Source: Octopus vulgaris
Lineage: Eukaryota
DNA: 64,000 nucleotides
Assembly: GCA_951406725.2 (NCBI GenBank)
Contig: OX597825.1
Location: 52,328,001 to 52,392,000 of the forward strand
Direction of reading: 5' to 3'
The notes beneath the pieces were generated by a model. That model searched no databases, was not told the origin of the DNA, and saw nothing but the letters and a program-made list of their open reading frames with translations. Both the position numbers and the translations under genes were made by a program. Of the stretch, positions 10,978 to 25,340 are shown piece after piece. Numbering within the stretch: position 1 is the stretch's first letter; each line of letters opens with the position of its first letter.

Positions 10978-12898
10978 GAAGCAAAAAAAAAAGAGGAATT
11001 CATTAACAATTCCATTATTAAAAGAGAGAGATAATTTCAAGTAATTAAGAATATATTTTAGAAAAAAACATTGTTTCTCATGTTGAGGTAGTATCTAATC
11101 TTTTGTAGATATCCCAGCATATGAATGCATTTTATATAGAGCATATGCAGGGTGGTTGGTGTTAGGTAGTGCATTCAGCTGTAAAAAACCATGCCAAAAC
11201 AGACACAGAAGTCTGGTGCAGGCTCCTACTAGCAAACTCCTGCCAACCCACCCAACCCATGCCAAGCGGGTATTAGACTATGATGATAATGATGATTATG
11301 ATGATGATGAAAGGAATGAGTTCACTGATAAAGAAACAGAAATACTGAAGAATATAAAAAAACCAAAGAGAGAAATAGAATGAACTCCCACAAAACAACA
11401 GGATTGGATATTAAATGAGGTTATTGTGGCTTTAGGATTTTCCAAAAATTTTCCAAAATATAAATGTAGCATTTAAATGATAGGAAATAGAAAACTGGAC
11501 ATGTATTTGGAGAGTAATAAAAGTTACGTTTTATTATAGATAAGGTTATAATTTTTTATGTGTTGATATGTTCATGTCAGATATCGAACATTATTACCAT
11601 TAGGTTCTTGAGTGTCCTTGGAGGAATCCACATGGCTATAAGTGTAGCAACAACTTCAGTCTGCAACAATTATCTCATGTTCATTAATGTGATAATGTGT
11701 AACCAATCATGTAGTATATCTACTTTCAAATTTAGACTCTATTATTTAAGATGCGATGCATAAAGTTGATATAAATGCTGCTATTCATAGTAAAACAAGG
11801 GCTCCAAGTCACCTATAAAGAAAATGCAACTGGATTTGTTGAGAAAGACGGTTTGGTGTCATGTGACAATGCTTGCTAGATGTTGCTACATGTTTCAAGT
11901 GGTCATTTCCAAATTATATATATAAAGAGAAAGCATGTCCAAATTTGGGAGCCAAAATGTCATGTCACATGATGAGTGATTGCAGTTATGAGTAGTACAT
12001 GATTGTAGTAGGTACTAGTTTGTAGTAGCAGTTACACAAACATTGAAGCCAGTCCTGCAGAGTGAAGATAACCTATTTAACATCTCTTTCAAGCAAGTCT
12101 TTCAAACTCTGAAATTGGCACTGTCTTTCCATAAAAACAAAATTCTTTATGGTTTGTATTTTAGAAACGTTAGTGTGGATTCACTGAAAGGGGGAGAGAG
12201 TGAAAAAGAAAGAGAGAGGGAGATCACTTCATATGTCATACATTTCTCTTTGGTTATACCAAACTGCTAGCATGAGTAAATTCAAAGAAACATTTAAAAA
12301 TAAAATGTTGGTTAGTCACTCAGAAAGGAAAGCAATTTCCTTATCAGCCCCAAAGAACATCTAGTCTTAAAGGGGATGTCTCAAAGAACAAATCCAAGGG
12401 TCTCTTACTCGTATGTATGCTGTTCTAAGCTAATAATAAATTTTTAGTATACTTATCTCTGACGAACAGTTGTCACGAAAAACAAACAAAAGCACAAAGA
12501 TACAAAAATCAATAGAGCTTCGAACCCACAATGAAAACAAAAAAAAATAGTGATTACTTTCAATAATTTTTTTCTCGCTTTCTTTTGGAATAAAGCTTAA
12601 ACAAGATTCAACGAAATGAAAGCAATATTATGTAATAGGAGTTGAATCTTAACCCAACTCTTCTCTTTGAACTACTTTTAGATATAACATATATTTTTGT
12701 GAGTATATATGTATGTATGTATAAATATATATATACACATACACACACACGTTTCTGTATATTCATAGATATACATATGTATAGTCATAAGGTAATGTAT
12801 ATAAACATCTGCAAATAAGGGGATTGCTATAAATGAAAGTTGATCGAAATAATGGAAAGGAAACAAAAATGAAAAACAAACTAAAAACTAAGAACCAC

Positions 12899-12947
<49 letters not shown>

Positions 12948-13244
12948 GTAATAATAATAATGATAATAACAACAACAACTATAATAATAACTGGCTTCAT
13001 TGAACTGTTATTGGAAGCAAACACAATTATCACAATAGTTTTGGCAGGAAGAACTTATCACTGCACTGCAGACATTAAAGTATCAACAGCAACAATAAAA
13101 ACAATAACAACAACAGCAACAATAATAATATTAATAATAACAAAAATATAATCATAACAATATATTACAACTGGCATAAAAATATATTTCCAAAGTTGGC
13201 AAGTTTCTATTCTATTTTTCACCTCCTTTTTCTCTCTTTTGTAT

Positions 13245-13625
<381 letters not shown>

Positions 13626-14059
13626 ACAAACATCACATTGTTTTATTTTTTTTCTTCTCTGCTGTATTCATATAGCAAAAAGATAAGTTGTTTCTTTCGA
13701 CGTCATTTCCAAAACATTCTGTGCGAGAGAAGAATTTATCTTGTGACTGGCTCAATTAACTCCTATATGCAGAAGGCATCAGAAAATATGAATGATCAGG
13801 GGATTTGTCTGTGTGTGGGAGTTATGTTATTGTTATTATTGCTATTAGGCCCTACCCCATCATTTTGTCTTTGACCTGTGTAATGGCTTGTATCATGGTT
13901 TGCAGTAGTTATGTATGCACATAAACATACTGATCTATATATTGATGTATGTATATTTATAGCCAGCTTTACATTCATGTATGCATAATTTCTTTCTTTT
14001 ATGCTCTTACTTATGTGTATTAATATATTGTGTGAATAGATACATATACATATACATGT

Positions 14060-14092
<33 letters not shown>

Positions 14093-14894
14093 CATATGTG
14101 TATGTGTGTATATATATATGAGCATATGTGTATGTATGTATGGATGGATGTATAAACACATTGAGAGACCTATAACATGTAATGTATAAAAGCTTATACA
14201 CACAGACACACACACGTGTAGTGGGCAGTAGCTGTAGTAATTTCAGGCTAGCTGGGAAGCTAAGCCAAATAGCTGCATATTGGTGTACATTTCTATATTG
14301 ACACAGCCCGTAAGCATCACTATCAACTAGCTTTCTGACCATACTGGCCAGCACATCTAGCACAATGAGGAACTTATACCTTACTGATTTCATGCTCTTC
14401 TTAAACAAAGGGACCCAAGAAGACCAATAGTCTTCCAGCTCCACTCTGATATATTGCTGATTGCAGACCAAATCTATATTAAAAGCAGACTACTGAGCAG
14501 GTGTTTCTGTAGGTGAACAAGTGACAGTTCTGAGGGTTGGTCACCCATATCACTGTGTGAGGCATAGCAAGTTGCTGTTAATGCAACTAAATTTTCATTA
14601 CAAAGACAATTATGGATGCAGTCTCTTAAGAAGTCAATCCTTTATCAAGTGCCCAAGAATGTTTGTGGCTTATTATTCTCCATTGTGACACAGTCCAACA
14701 ATCAGCTGTTCATACGAGAGAGTGTTCTTAGAAGAGTACAGAACAGCCAACTGCTGCTCATAAGTAAGTGTGGCTTTGTAATATGTACAATGTTTTTGCT
14801 AATTGTTTCATATGCCAGTGTAGTTATGAGCTGATGTAAATGTCCACCTGGTCGTGCTAACATTGACCTACCAACACACCTAGGATATGACAGC

Positions 14895-15109
<215 letters not shown>

Positions 15110-17148
15110 GCATCAACACGTGACTAATTATTCATTCTGAGCAGAGTGGAATGGAGCAACATGAAATGGTGTACCTTGCTCAAGGATACAACCTACTGCC
15201 CAGTCTAGGAATCAAACACATGAATGTTAAGATTGTGATCTAACAGGATAAGCATGAGGCAAGGATTTCCATATATGCTCTAGACTAATGTCATACAATG
15301 GATAATGCAAATTGTTATTTCTTTTTCCAAGATTTCAATGAAATAATTCTTATGGTTAGGTACTGTCCTTATTTCAAGACATAACTGATCCACTTTCAAC
15401 ACCTTTCACCACTTGATAATTGCATACATGTTCACTGGCGTGGACAGACAATAGATTTTCGTCAGTGTTCTTTAACCAGAAGACTGTCATATAGAATGTT
15501 GGTTTTTATGATTTCAAGCTGTAATTAAAACATGTTGATTACACCATGTTTTAATTCTGATGTTCTTAATTTCTTACCTTGTTAACCCACTTGTAGAAGG
15601 CAATAAGAATGTATTTTTTCTGCATTCCCTCTCAGATACATTAGACATTAATTCTAAAAATGGATATGATGAAAAAAAGCAAATCCTTTTCTGTTATTTT
15701 TATGAAGTTTTATGGCCACGCTCCCTTTGTCGAGTCTGTTACTGTCCAGAATCTTACACTTCCTGATTTATGTATTCTTCCTTATGTATTCTTATTCTTC
15801 CTAGGCCTGTGGTAAAAGAGGTCTATTTATTGAGACTATCTGGAAGATCATTTACTTAGTTGACCTTTTCTAGGCTATCAGCTAATCCAAGATTATTTGA
15901 TTTTCGTCTTATATCTATTTAAGGGTCATTACTTGGCTGTGGTTCCATGGCATAAAGAGCTGTTGAGGGATACTAAAGTTATTTACATTACACTAAGAAA
16001 TAGAAGTAGTGATCTTATTTCTGTTTAAAAGAAAAGTATTCTTATTGTAATTACTATAAATGACTTTCAAAATTTTCATTTGCATACAAAGCACGGATCC
16101 TCAAACAATGGAACCCCAAACAATTCATTATTTTAGTCTAATATGAAATTGCTTACAGAATTTAGTTCCTGATATCAGGAGGCTAAGGGCTTTTTTTTTT
16201 GTTTTCTTTTTAATATACATTTTCTAAACCGGCTAGTTTCAGTGAATATCTTTAGGTTGGATACTTTTGTGGTTGAGCTGTATTTCAAGGTGAATCAGTT
16301 GATGGTTACATGTGAGCACACTAATTTACTTTTGTCAATAACTTTACATTTCTCTCAATTTTACCAAGTTCCAAATGAAATGTAATAAGTCTTGCTAAAT
16401 TCTTTAGAACAAGATCTGACATTGCATGCAGTGGGAAATTAAAGCTACCAAATATCGATTTGTAGTGAACACTATTACTGAAACGGAGACAAAGAGTCAC
16501 TATAAAAGAACCTCAAACTTTTATTTAATATCAGTGAATTTGCAGTTAAGTGTTTAAAGCAGTAGAGCTGTGGGGCATCGGGTCAAATCCAGCTTGCAGA
16601 TATTGAGTTGTGCAATTTACTTGATTTACTTTAGTCTTTTGTACTACCATAAAGTAAATGCCAGAGACATAGAGGATAGGTTTCTGCTAGGTTGATATGA
16701 TATGGTTTCAAAAATTCTGAGAGCTCAAAGCAGTACATATTAATTACCTGTAAAGACTGCATATTCTTAAGAATTTAATATTCTTTTCTTTCAGCACATC
16801 GCAAGGTCAGGCCAGTTTTTGAAGGTATGGGAGTTGTTGATTGAATCAAGTTTATTCTATATTACTGGTATTTGATCTAACCCTGCATAGATGAACACTG
16901 AATTGAATATTAGAATAAACCTAAAGAGATGTGACTTCATACAGAAATGTATTTAGTCTTATCTTCTTACTGTCTCTGATGCCTCATCCCCACCCATTAC
17001 CTGTTCTGCAGAAGTACTACAGTTGGTTTAATCACCCTCAGACCCTAGCTAATTACTGGTTTTTCAGTTATCTCACATAACAGTATATAAGGTATTACTA
17101 ATCTTGATTGTTTCTATACCAAAATTTAAAAGTGTTTTTGGCAGTAAA

Positions 17149-17358
17149 TAATCAGTTGGTTTCACTCCTGTTCCTTAGCTGAGCAAATGAGGAATCTCTG
17201 TCAGTGAACTAGAAAGTACTCAACTGGATTCATCCCAATACATAACTGGTACTTAGCTGAACCAGTGAGGAAGCCCTTTTGGTGAAGTAGAGAATAATCA
17301 ACTGGGTTCACTTAATAATACATAACTAGTACTTAGCTGAACCAATGAGGAAGCTTTA
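17149..17358. repeat. Degenerate tandem repeat, ~3 units of ~70-80 bp
   Basis: TCAACTGG..TCA...ATACATAACT.GTACTTAGCTGAACCA.TGAGGAAGC at ~17220 and ~17298, weaker copy at ~17150. Confidence 0.65.
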
Positions 17359-19942
17359 TTGCGACACTTGCCCTGATAGAAATTGCAGCAAAATTTTCCT
17401 TATATCTTGTCCTACTATCTGAATTAAAAACAAGAGAGATGGTCTTCATCTAGGTCTACATGGTCTTTGATCCTGCATCTACATGATTATAACTAACTTG
17501 TGATAAATAAAAACAGCTAGAAATTTACTTTGCAAAGATTTTCAGAGGTGAGAAAAGTTAATGTAAAGTAAGAATGAAATTTGTTGAGCAAAAATTTAGC
17601 TTATTCCAATGATATATTTGAACAATTATTGATAGTTATTTAAGCCAATTATCAATGTAATAATGATAGATTCAAACAATTATTAAATGATATAAACTCT
17701 ATTTCTCATTTATAACAAATTATTTTTAAACATTGTATCTATTAAATAAAACTCCAACTTTTCATCCAGAGAAACTACATCAGCTTATTTTTATATTTTG
17801 CAAAGGAAAATTAATTTCAGTTTTCTTGCTTCCCTTTTGGGCAATGCTTTTTAATTCTTAAGTCTGGCATACTAATAACATGGCATGACAAGTGACATTA
17901 TAATAAAATGTTTAGTGCTGGCATGGGCAACTGTTTCAAGAAGTGGGCCACATGAAACATGGCTTTATCATCAGGTGGGTTACACAACTAGAAACAAAAA
18001 ATAGAAAGATTGTTCATTAGGTGTGTCATTCAGGAAGTCCAGTGGGCTGCAGATTGCCTATGACAGCTTTTATGTGTAATGCTTACAATTAATTTCTGAA
18101 TATATTTCCAGTTAGTAAATACAAGTTGTCTAGAGGTTAGAATGTTGAGTTCAAGATTATGAAGTCCTGAGTTTGATTTGGGGACCATGGAGTGTGGTGT
18201 GTCCATGAACTGAGTACTTTAATTCACATTGCTCCAATATATTTGATGAGATAAATATCAGCCAAGTGCTAGTGTAACCTTCTCCCATCTGAGCTATCAC
18301 TTTTCTGGTGTTCAGTAGGTATCTTGAGAGGGTGTCTATGGCTGCATGCAACCATATAGGTACTTAAAACAATTAGTAAATACATGGTACATGCTAGCTA
18401 CTTATTTTAGCTAGTTATGTATGTTTTGTGTTTGCAGTCAATTTCATCTTTAGATATAAAAATAAATGTTTTAATGTTTACATCTACACTAAATTACACC
18501 TGGTTTGAAATCCTGATCAGGTATCAAAATTTGGATAGGTACAAAGTACTGAACAGGGTTTTGAACTATAATTCATTATTTTTAAACTAAGGGTTGTAAC
18601 ACTCTTATACACTAGGCCAGGGAACACATGCTCATGCTCCAATACTTTTGCATTTAAGAATGCTACAATCCCCTTTGCTTACAGTTAAAGAAAGGTTCAT
18701 ACAGGAATTAATAGAAAATTCAATTCCACTCTGGCACTATGCACCACACTTTACACATTTAATTACACAGTATTTTTGTTTTTAATGAATTACCGAGAGA
18801 AAAGTGAGGTAATTGTTATGTGTGTTATTATGGTAACTAACCTTTCTTGTTGCTATAAGAGTTATCATATCAACTACTCCTTCTAGTTGTCATAAACATT
18901 GTCATGACAACAATTCATTCTAGCTGCCTTGAATGTTGTCATCACAATTACCTCTTCTTGTTGCCATGTGGGTTGTATCCTAGGCTCATTGTTGTTTATT
19001 TGGAATATTTTATAGGTCAGTTTTTGCAGGAATAATGTGTCTGGGAAGAGAATTTTAGAGGTTGAAGTGCTGGTGAACAACAACTGCACAAATTGTTTAG
19101 CATGGGTGGTAGTGGGGATTAAGGAATATAAAATAGTTGGGGTGACTGGAGGAGGAACTGGTTAGTTTCCAAGAACAAACTATTGTGGTAGCAATAGTAG
19201 GAGAGAAAATGGTGTGTGGTGTCTGTAAGCCTGTGATTATAGTGCTTGATTGGTGAAATGTTGCCAATTAGTTGAATGTCTTACTTTTGTAGTTGAGGCT
19301 AATTCACTGTCTAAGCAGCTGCAGTAACTCATATGTGAGCTGTACTCTAATGAGGGTCAGATTTGAGCATTATAAAGGTTAACAGAAACTCATATGTAAA
19401 GACTCCAAAATTAAGCAAAACTTGTCATAATTCTGCAAAAACTAAACAAAAGACTGTCCGAATAAAAAATATTGGCAGTAATTGCTTCACTGAAATGTAT
19501 AAATGACATTTGAGAACATGTATTTTAAAGATTAAATGCTGACATTACAATATATTGGGGTGGTGGAGAGCATATATTTTTGTCATTAGATATGGAGCTT
19601 AAATAAAAGCCATGCAATGACACTAAATTCAAACTCATCTGCAGTAATTGTGAAATAAATCTGACCTTTTAAATATGTGTTTCTCCATGAAAGATATTTC
19701 CATCATATCCAAAATTTACAAGAGAACCACTGTAACCCCGTGAGCAATGTGTGTATATAAGCTTAGCATATACAGATGCAGAAAGACCACATGCACATTG
19801 ATATATGTATGTATATGTATGCACATAGATATTTATATATCAGTATCTATATGTGTGTATATACATATATGTGTGTGTGTGTGCATATATATATGTATAT
19901 ACATATATGTATGAATATATATATTTATATATATATATATAC

Positions 19943-20014
<72 letters not shown>

Positions 20015-20149
20015 ATATGTATGTGCGTGTATATACATATGTATACATACATGTATGTATATATATGTGTGTGTGTGTATGTATATATGCATGTGTGTGT
20101 GTATATATATGTCTGTGTGTGTGTATGTATGTATGTATGTATTTATGTA

Positions 20150-20933
20150 TGAGGTCTGATAAATAAGTATCCAGACTGTTGCCATAGTAACAAAGCTAAA
20201 ACATGCAGAGTGAAGCTGCATGGCAAAGATTGATCTCCAGAGAAAATTGTCATGGTGATACATGCTTGGAGGCCAATGCAAAGTGGCAGAAAGTGTATAG
20301 AGAGGAGTGTATGAACCGCACATAAGTTCATGAGCAGTTCAGATGCTTTCAAGATGACAGAAAAATGCTGATAGTGACGAATGTTCTGCGAGACCTGCAA
20401 CCAAAAGAACTAAGAAAAACATCACAGATGTGTTTGCAGCTGTGAGCGGAAATCCTTGAATCACCATCCATGAGTTATCAGAAGATGTACAGATTTGTTA
20501 TGGTTCAGTTCAGTCCATTATCACTGAAGATTTAGGTATGAAATGCGTGTCTGCCAAATTTGTGCCTAAACTGCTTTCAGCTGACCAAAAAGATTCTTGG
20601 ATTTCAATTGCACAAGATCTCTTCGATTGTGACAAGAATGATAAAATCGTTTTGAAAACTTTGCATAGGTCTCTGAGTGGGTATTGCTAAGCTTTTGGCA
20701 AAATTTGATGCAGGTTCTCTGCTTAATTTTCTCTGTCATGTTCAATGCGATGATCATACACTACACATCTTCCTTCCAAGCACTGCTGTAAACAGCAGAA
20801 GAAAGCTACAATGTCAAGACTCAGTGCACCTGCACAGCAAATTTCAAGGTCAATCTTTACCAAGCAACTTCACTCTGTGTGCTTTAGCTTTGTTACTATG
20901 GCAACAGTCCAGATACTTATTGATCAGACAACA
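20150..20933. mobile_element. Mirror-type non-autonomous mariner (two 5' ends in inverted orientation)
   Basis: Both ends carry TCTGAT.AATAAGTATC..GACTGTTGCCATAGTAACAAAGCTAAA; the left arm encodes the transposase N-half on + (ITIHELSEDV..GSVQSIITEDLGMKCVSAKFVPKLL), the right arm encodes MTEKIKQRTCIKFCQKL on -; junction near 20658. Confidence 0.82.
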
Positions 20934-20939
20934 CATATA

Positions 20940-21210
20940 TACATCATCATCATCATCATCATCATCGTTTAGCGTCCGTTTTCCATGCTAGCATGGGTTG
21001 GACGGGTCAACTGGGGTCTGTGAAGCTGGAAGGCTTCGTCAGGCCCAGTCAGATCTGGCAGTGTTTCTACGGCTGGATGCCCTTCCTAACGCCAACCACT
21101 CCGCGAGTGTAGTGGGTGTTTTTTACGTGCCACCTGCACAGGTGCCAGACAGAGCTGGTGAATGGCCACGAACGGATGGTGCTTTTACGTGTCACCGGCT
21201 CGGGGCCAGG
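20940..21210 (-). mobile_element. RTE-tail repeat (well-preserved copy)
   Basis: (CAT)n-GTTTAGCGTCCGTTTTCCATGCTAGCATGGGTTGGACGG...CTGGATGCCCTTCCTAACGCCAACCAC; other copies at ~11150, 28390, 34610, 35200, 52200 and 56720. Confidence 0.75.
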
Positions 21211-21366
21211 CGATATGCGTGTGTGTGTGTATCTATATGTATGTAAGTATGTGTATATATATTATATATGTGTATGTTTGTATGTGTATATATATGTATA
21301 TATATATATATATATGTATATGTATGTATGTGTATATATATATATATATATATGTTATATTCTACA

Positions 21367-21406
<40 letters not shown>

Positions 21407-21438
21407 ATATTCTACATATATGTATATATATATATATA

Positions 21439-21993
21439 TGAGGTGGCATCAAAAAGTTCCAGGACAAGTTATGTGTCATAAAACATAGCTTATTTGCCTA
21501 ACTTTTGGACATTATCTGTTTTGAAATAGTCAGCTTGGGCAGCAATACACCAGTCCCAGTGTTCCTGCTACTTTCGGAATCTTGCCTGAAAGTTGCTTTC
21601 CATAGGTGAGATGAGGACCTTCTGCAATTCACTCTTGATCTTGACAACAGTGTTAAAACAGCAACCTTTGAGCTGCATTTTTATCTTGGGGAAAAGATGG
21701 CAGTCCTCAGATGCTAAATATGGTGAATAGGGAGGTGCAGAAGCAATACCCTGTTGTTTTTGGTAAGAAACTCATGAGTGAAGAGAGCTCAGTGACAGTG
21801 TGAAGAATCCAATTCTTCACACTACATAGATTTGGTAACTTTTGTCACATGTCCTCCCTCAAATTCTTCAAGACATGACTGATTGTCCTCCATTGATCCT
21901 CATGCACAAGGTGATGAATTTTCTTCACCTGTCCAGACACTTGTGGGAGGTGGTCCAGATTCCTCATTGTTTTCCAGGAATGATTTTCCACTT
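21439..21993 (-). mobile_element. Degenerate mariner remnant, truncated at a TTAA-CCC element
   Basis: TIR-like TGAGGTGGCATCAAAAAGTTCCAGGAC after (TA)n; minus-strand remnants resemble the transposase HTH region. Confidence 0.55.
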
Positions 21994-21997
21994 TTAA

Positions 21998-22130
21998 CCC
22001 TTTCGCTACCAACCCGGCTGAAACCGGCTCTGGCTCTGCATACAAATGTCTTGTTTACATAAGTTTTGAATTAAAATCTTCCACCAAACCTTTGTCACAA
22101 TTTATGTTCCTAACTCTAGCTGAATGATTA
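21998..22130 (+). mobile_element. piggyBac-like terminal fragment
   Basis: TTAA (21994-21997) followed by CCCTTTCGCTACC; the TTAA|CCC end is typical of piggyBac; no matching right end found. Confidence 0.45.
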
Positions 22131-22413
22131 TATATATATATATATATATAACAAGTAAAGTAGCTAGTTCTAAAATCTCTATATGAGATGCAATTATTAA
22201 CTCTACTGAAAAGTAGTGGTTGTTACCACCTAAACACAGTTGTTCCGTACAGAGCAATGTTACTACACTCTTTGACCCCAGGAGGACACCTCCTGCTGCT
22301 GGTTAGCAACACATTATCTGCGTCTGTTATATTGCAAATGAAGGGAGTGAGCCTGCATGGGAGTTGTTCGCTTCTTGTTTGCAATGTAACGGACATAGCA
22401 TGTCGTTAACCAG

Positions 22414-23420
22414 GGGTGGATGCTCTGAGACCATAGCTGCTAGAATAAGAATAGCCTGGGCAAAGTTTAGAGAGCTCCTACCTCTGCTGGTACAAAGGGC
22501 CTCTCACTCAGAGTGAAAGTTAGACTGTATGATGCATGTATGCAAAAAGCCATGCTACATGGCAGTGAAATATGGGCTGTGACTGCTGAGGATATGTTTA
22601 GGCTTGAAAGAAATGAAGCTAGTATACTCTTTTCTACTCTAGGCAAAAGGCCCAAAATGTTTAGGAAGGGGGCCAGTCGATTAGACCGACCTCAGTTTGC
22701 AACTGGTACTTAATTTATCAATCCCAAAAGGATGAAAGACAAAGTCGACTTCAGAACAATTTGAATGCAGAACATTAAGACAGACGAAATACTGCTAAGC
22801 ATTTCACCTGGCATGCTAACGTTTCTGCCAGCTTGCCACCTTGAAGCTAGTATACTCTGCTGGAAGTGTAATGTCAGTGTGCATACACAACAGAGTGTAA
22901 GTGCCCTGGGAGAAAAGTTAGACGTAAGAATCATCAGATGTGGTGTGCAAGAGAGATGACTGTGCTAGTATGGTCATGTGTTATGTATTGATGAGGACAG
23001 CTGTGTGAAGAAATGTCACACCCTAACAGTAGAGGGAACCTGTGGAAGAGGTAGACCAGGTAAGACATGGGACGAGGTGATGAAGCATGACCTTCGAACA
23101 CTGGGCTTCACAGAGGCAATGACAAGTGACCAAGACCTTTGGGCATATATTGTGCTTGAGAAGACCGTTGAGTCAAGTGAAATCACTGTTGTGGCTGATG
23201 CCAGTACCGACTTACTAGCACCCATGCCGGTGTCACGTAAAAAGCACCATTCGAGTGCACCCACTACACTCTTGGAGTGGTTGGCGTTAGGAAGGGCAAT
23301 CAGCTGTAGAAACCTTCCAAGATCAGATTGGAGCCTAGTGCAGCCTACTGGCTTGCCAGTCCTCAGTCAAATCGTCCAACCCATGTCAGCATGGAAAGCG
23401 AACGTTAAACAAGGATGATG
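22414..23420 (+). mobile_element. RTE-clade LINE 3' portion (post-RT region + 3' UTR), interrupted by a SINE
   Basis: ARIRIAWAKFRELLPLL, KVRLYDACMQKAMLHGSEIWAV, VEGTCGRGRPGKTWDEV...DQDLW, then a UTR ending in GATGATGATG. Confidence 0.85.
22631..22841 (-). mobile_element. tRNA-derived SINE family B (Nin/Deu-domain-like core) with 17 bp TSD
   Basis: TSD TGAAGCTAGTATACTCT at 22614-22630 and 22842-22858; core GTCGACTTTGTCTTTCATCCTTTTGGGATTGATAAATTAAGTACC on -. Confidence 0.85.
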
Positions 23421-24678
23421 ATGTTTCAGTCATTTGATTGCAGCCATGCTGGAGCACTACCTTTTGTCAAAGAAATCGACCCCAGGACTTATTCTTTGTA
23501 AGGGTAGTACTTTTTCTGTCAGTCATTTTTGGCAAACTAAGTTATGGGGGAGGGGGAAACACAGACACATACACACAAATATATATATATATATACTTAA
23601 TCATATTTTTACACGTTAGGCCAATGGAAATGAAAATTTTAATTAATCTCCATTTCCCTTTGATATGATTAATTATTGTAAGTTTTTAGATAATTTTCGG
23701 TTTTTAAAAGTTGGCATTTTTTTATTGCCGACGAAGGGCTGCGGCTGCGCAGTAGATTTTGAAAAACTTAGGATGTATAAACAAGAAGCACATAATTTGA
23801 TCACCTCGTGTTTATATATTTAACCCACGGTGTTCCTGCTGAGGACAATTTCACCTAGCGAGTATATGTTATTTTACTTGCTAAGCTAAAATCAGAAACC
23901 AATTGGTCCAGGATACTAGATGGTAAAATGTTTTTATTTTTTCATTTCGTTCCTGTCGAATTTTATCTGTAATTTTGTGGTTATGAAACTTAGTTGTTCT
24001 TTCTTGCATGTTGAATCCCACAAGTGGATTTCTCATGTGTTTAAATGTACACTGTATATTATATATATATATCTTTATATATATATATATATATATACAA
24101 TGGACCTTTTCCAGTTTCCGTCTACCAAATCCACTCAAAAGGCTTTCGTCAGCCCAAGGTTATAGTAGAAGACACTTGCCCATATAGCCATTATCTTCCT
24201 GGTTTGCTACCTTCTATGAAGCCATCCAACCTATGCCGGCATAGAAAATGAATGTTACATAATAGTAATGATGATGATGCACACACATACATACACACTC
24301 ACATGCACACACACGCACAAACACACACACATATATACATATATTAGTTAAAACAGTATGATTCATTTCCATAGGATTATTTACATGTATGCATTATATA
24401 TATATAATACATATATATATATGTATGTTTGTATGTATGTACATGTGTGTGTGTGTGTGTGTGCGCACATATATACAAACATACGTATGTGTAATATCAG
24501 TAAGAGGATGACATGGTTCTGAGCATATAATATTATCTCACTAATGAATGCTATGTTGAGAGGGACATAAGTGTGTTTCTGAGATCTATACCAGTTCAAC
24601 AATTGCTTACTGAATCCTGCACACTTGAGAACAACCTGGATCATCATCACAGCAATAATAATAACGATAATAATAATA

Positions 24679-24737
<59 letters not shown>

Positions 24738-24738
<1 letters not shown>

Positions 24739-25280
24739 TGCCAACATTATGGAATAACAACAGAAAAAAGATGGTATAGGTACACACCAGAAAAGGTCAC
24801 AGAAAACGAGAAAGCAACTATACTCTGGGATATGCCAATACACACGGATAGAGAAATTTAAGGCCAACAGACCAGATATAGTTGTCAGAGATCATGAAGA
24901 AAAAAAATGTTTTCTAATTGATGTATCAATACCAGCGGATGACAACATGTCTGTAAAAGAAATGGAGAAACTTTCAAAATACAAAGACCTAGAAATAGAG
25001 GTAACCAGAATGTGGAATCTAAAAACAGAAACAATTCCTATCATAATAGGCGCATTAAGCATGATAAAGAAATATTCAGACAAATACATAACAAAAACAC
25101 CAGGACTTACAAACACATATAACATACAGAAAATTGCACTACTAGGCACTGCACACATCCTACGCAGAACACTTTCCATACAATAACCATCAGAGCATCA
25201 CAACAAATCACAGCACATACCCAAGGCAAACAGAGCTGCACTTGGTAGTGAAGTGAAAGCATGCTATAAAAAATATACTA

Positions 25281-25284
<4 letters not shown>
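24738..25284 (+). mobile_element. Dong/R4-like non-LTR retrotransposon, 5'-truncated (restriction-like endonuclease domain + 3' UTR), inserted in (AAT)n
   Basis: ILWDMPIHTDREI/KANRPDIVV...LIDVSIP..KEMEKLSKYKDL..IPIIIGAL..QKIALLGTAHILRRTLS* with one frameshift near 24858; (AAT)n on both sides. Confidence 0.88.

Positions 25285-25340
<56 letters not shown>

Noticed and set aside
12310-12485. Hammerhead-like words (CTGATAAGG hairpin on -; CTGACGA...CGAAA at ~12458-12480 on +)
   Set aside because: The minus motif lacks GAAA after the hairpin; the plus motif lacks stem III/NUH and stem I pairing.
14215-14870. 154 aa minus-strand ORF and adjacent complex sequence
   Set aside because: No motif recognised; the C-terminal half is microsatellite; probably old TE debris.
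17149-17358. CRISPR-like spaced repeats (also 57095-57325)
   Set aside because: Eukaryotic context, degenerate units, no unique spacers of constant length and no cas genes.
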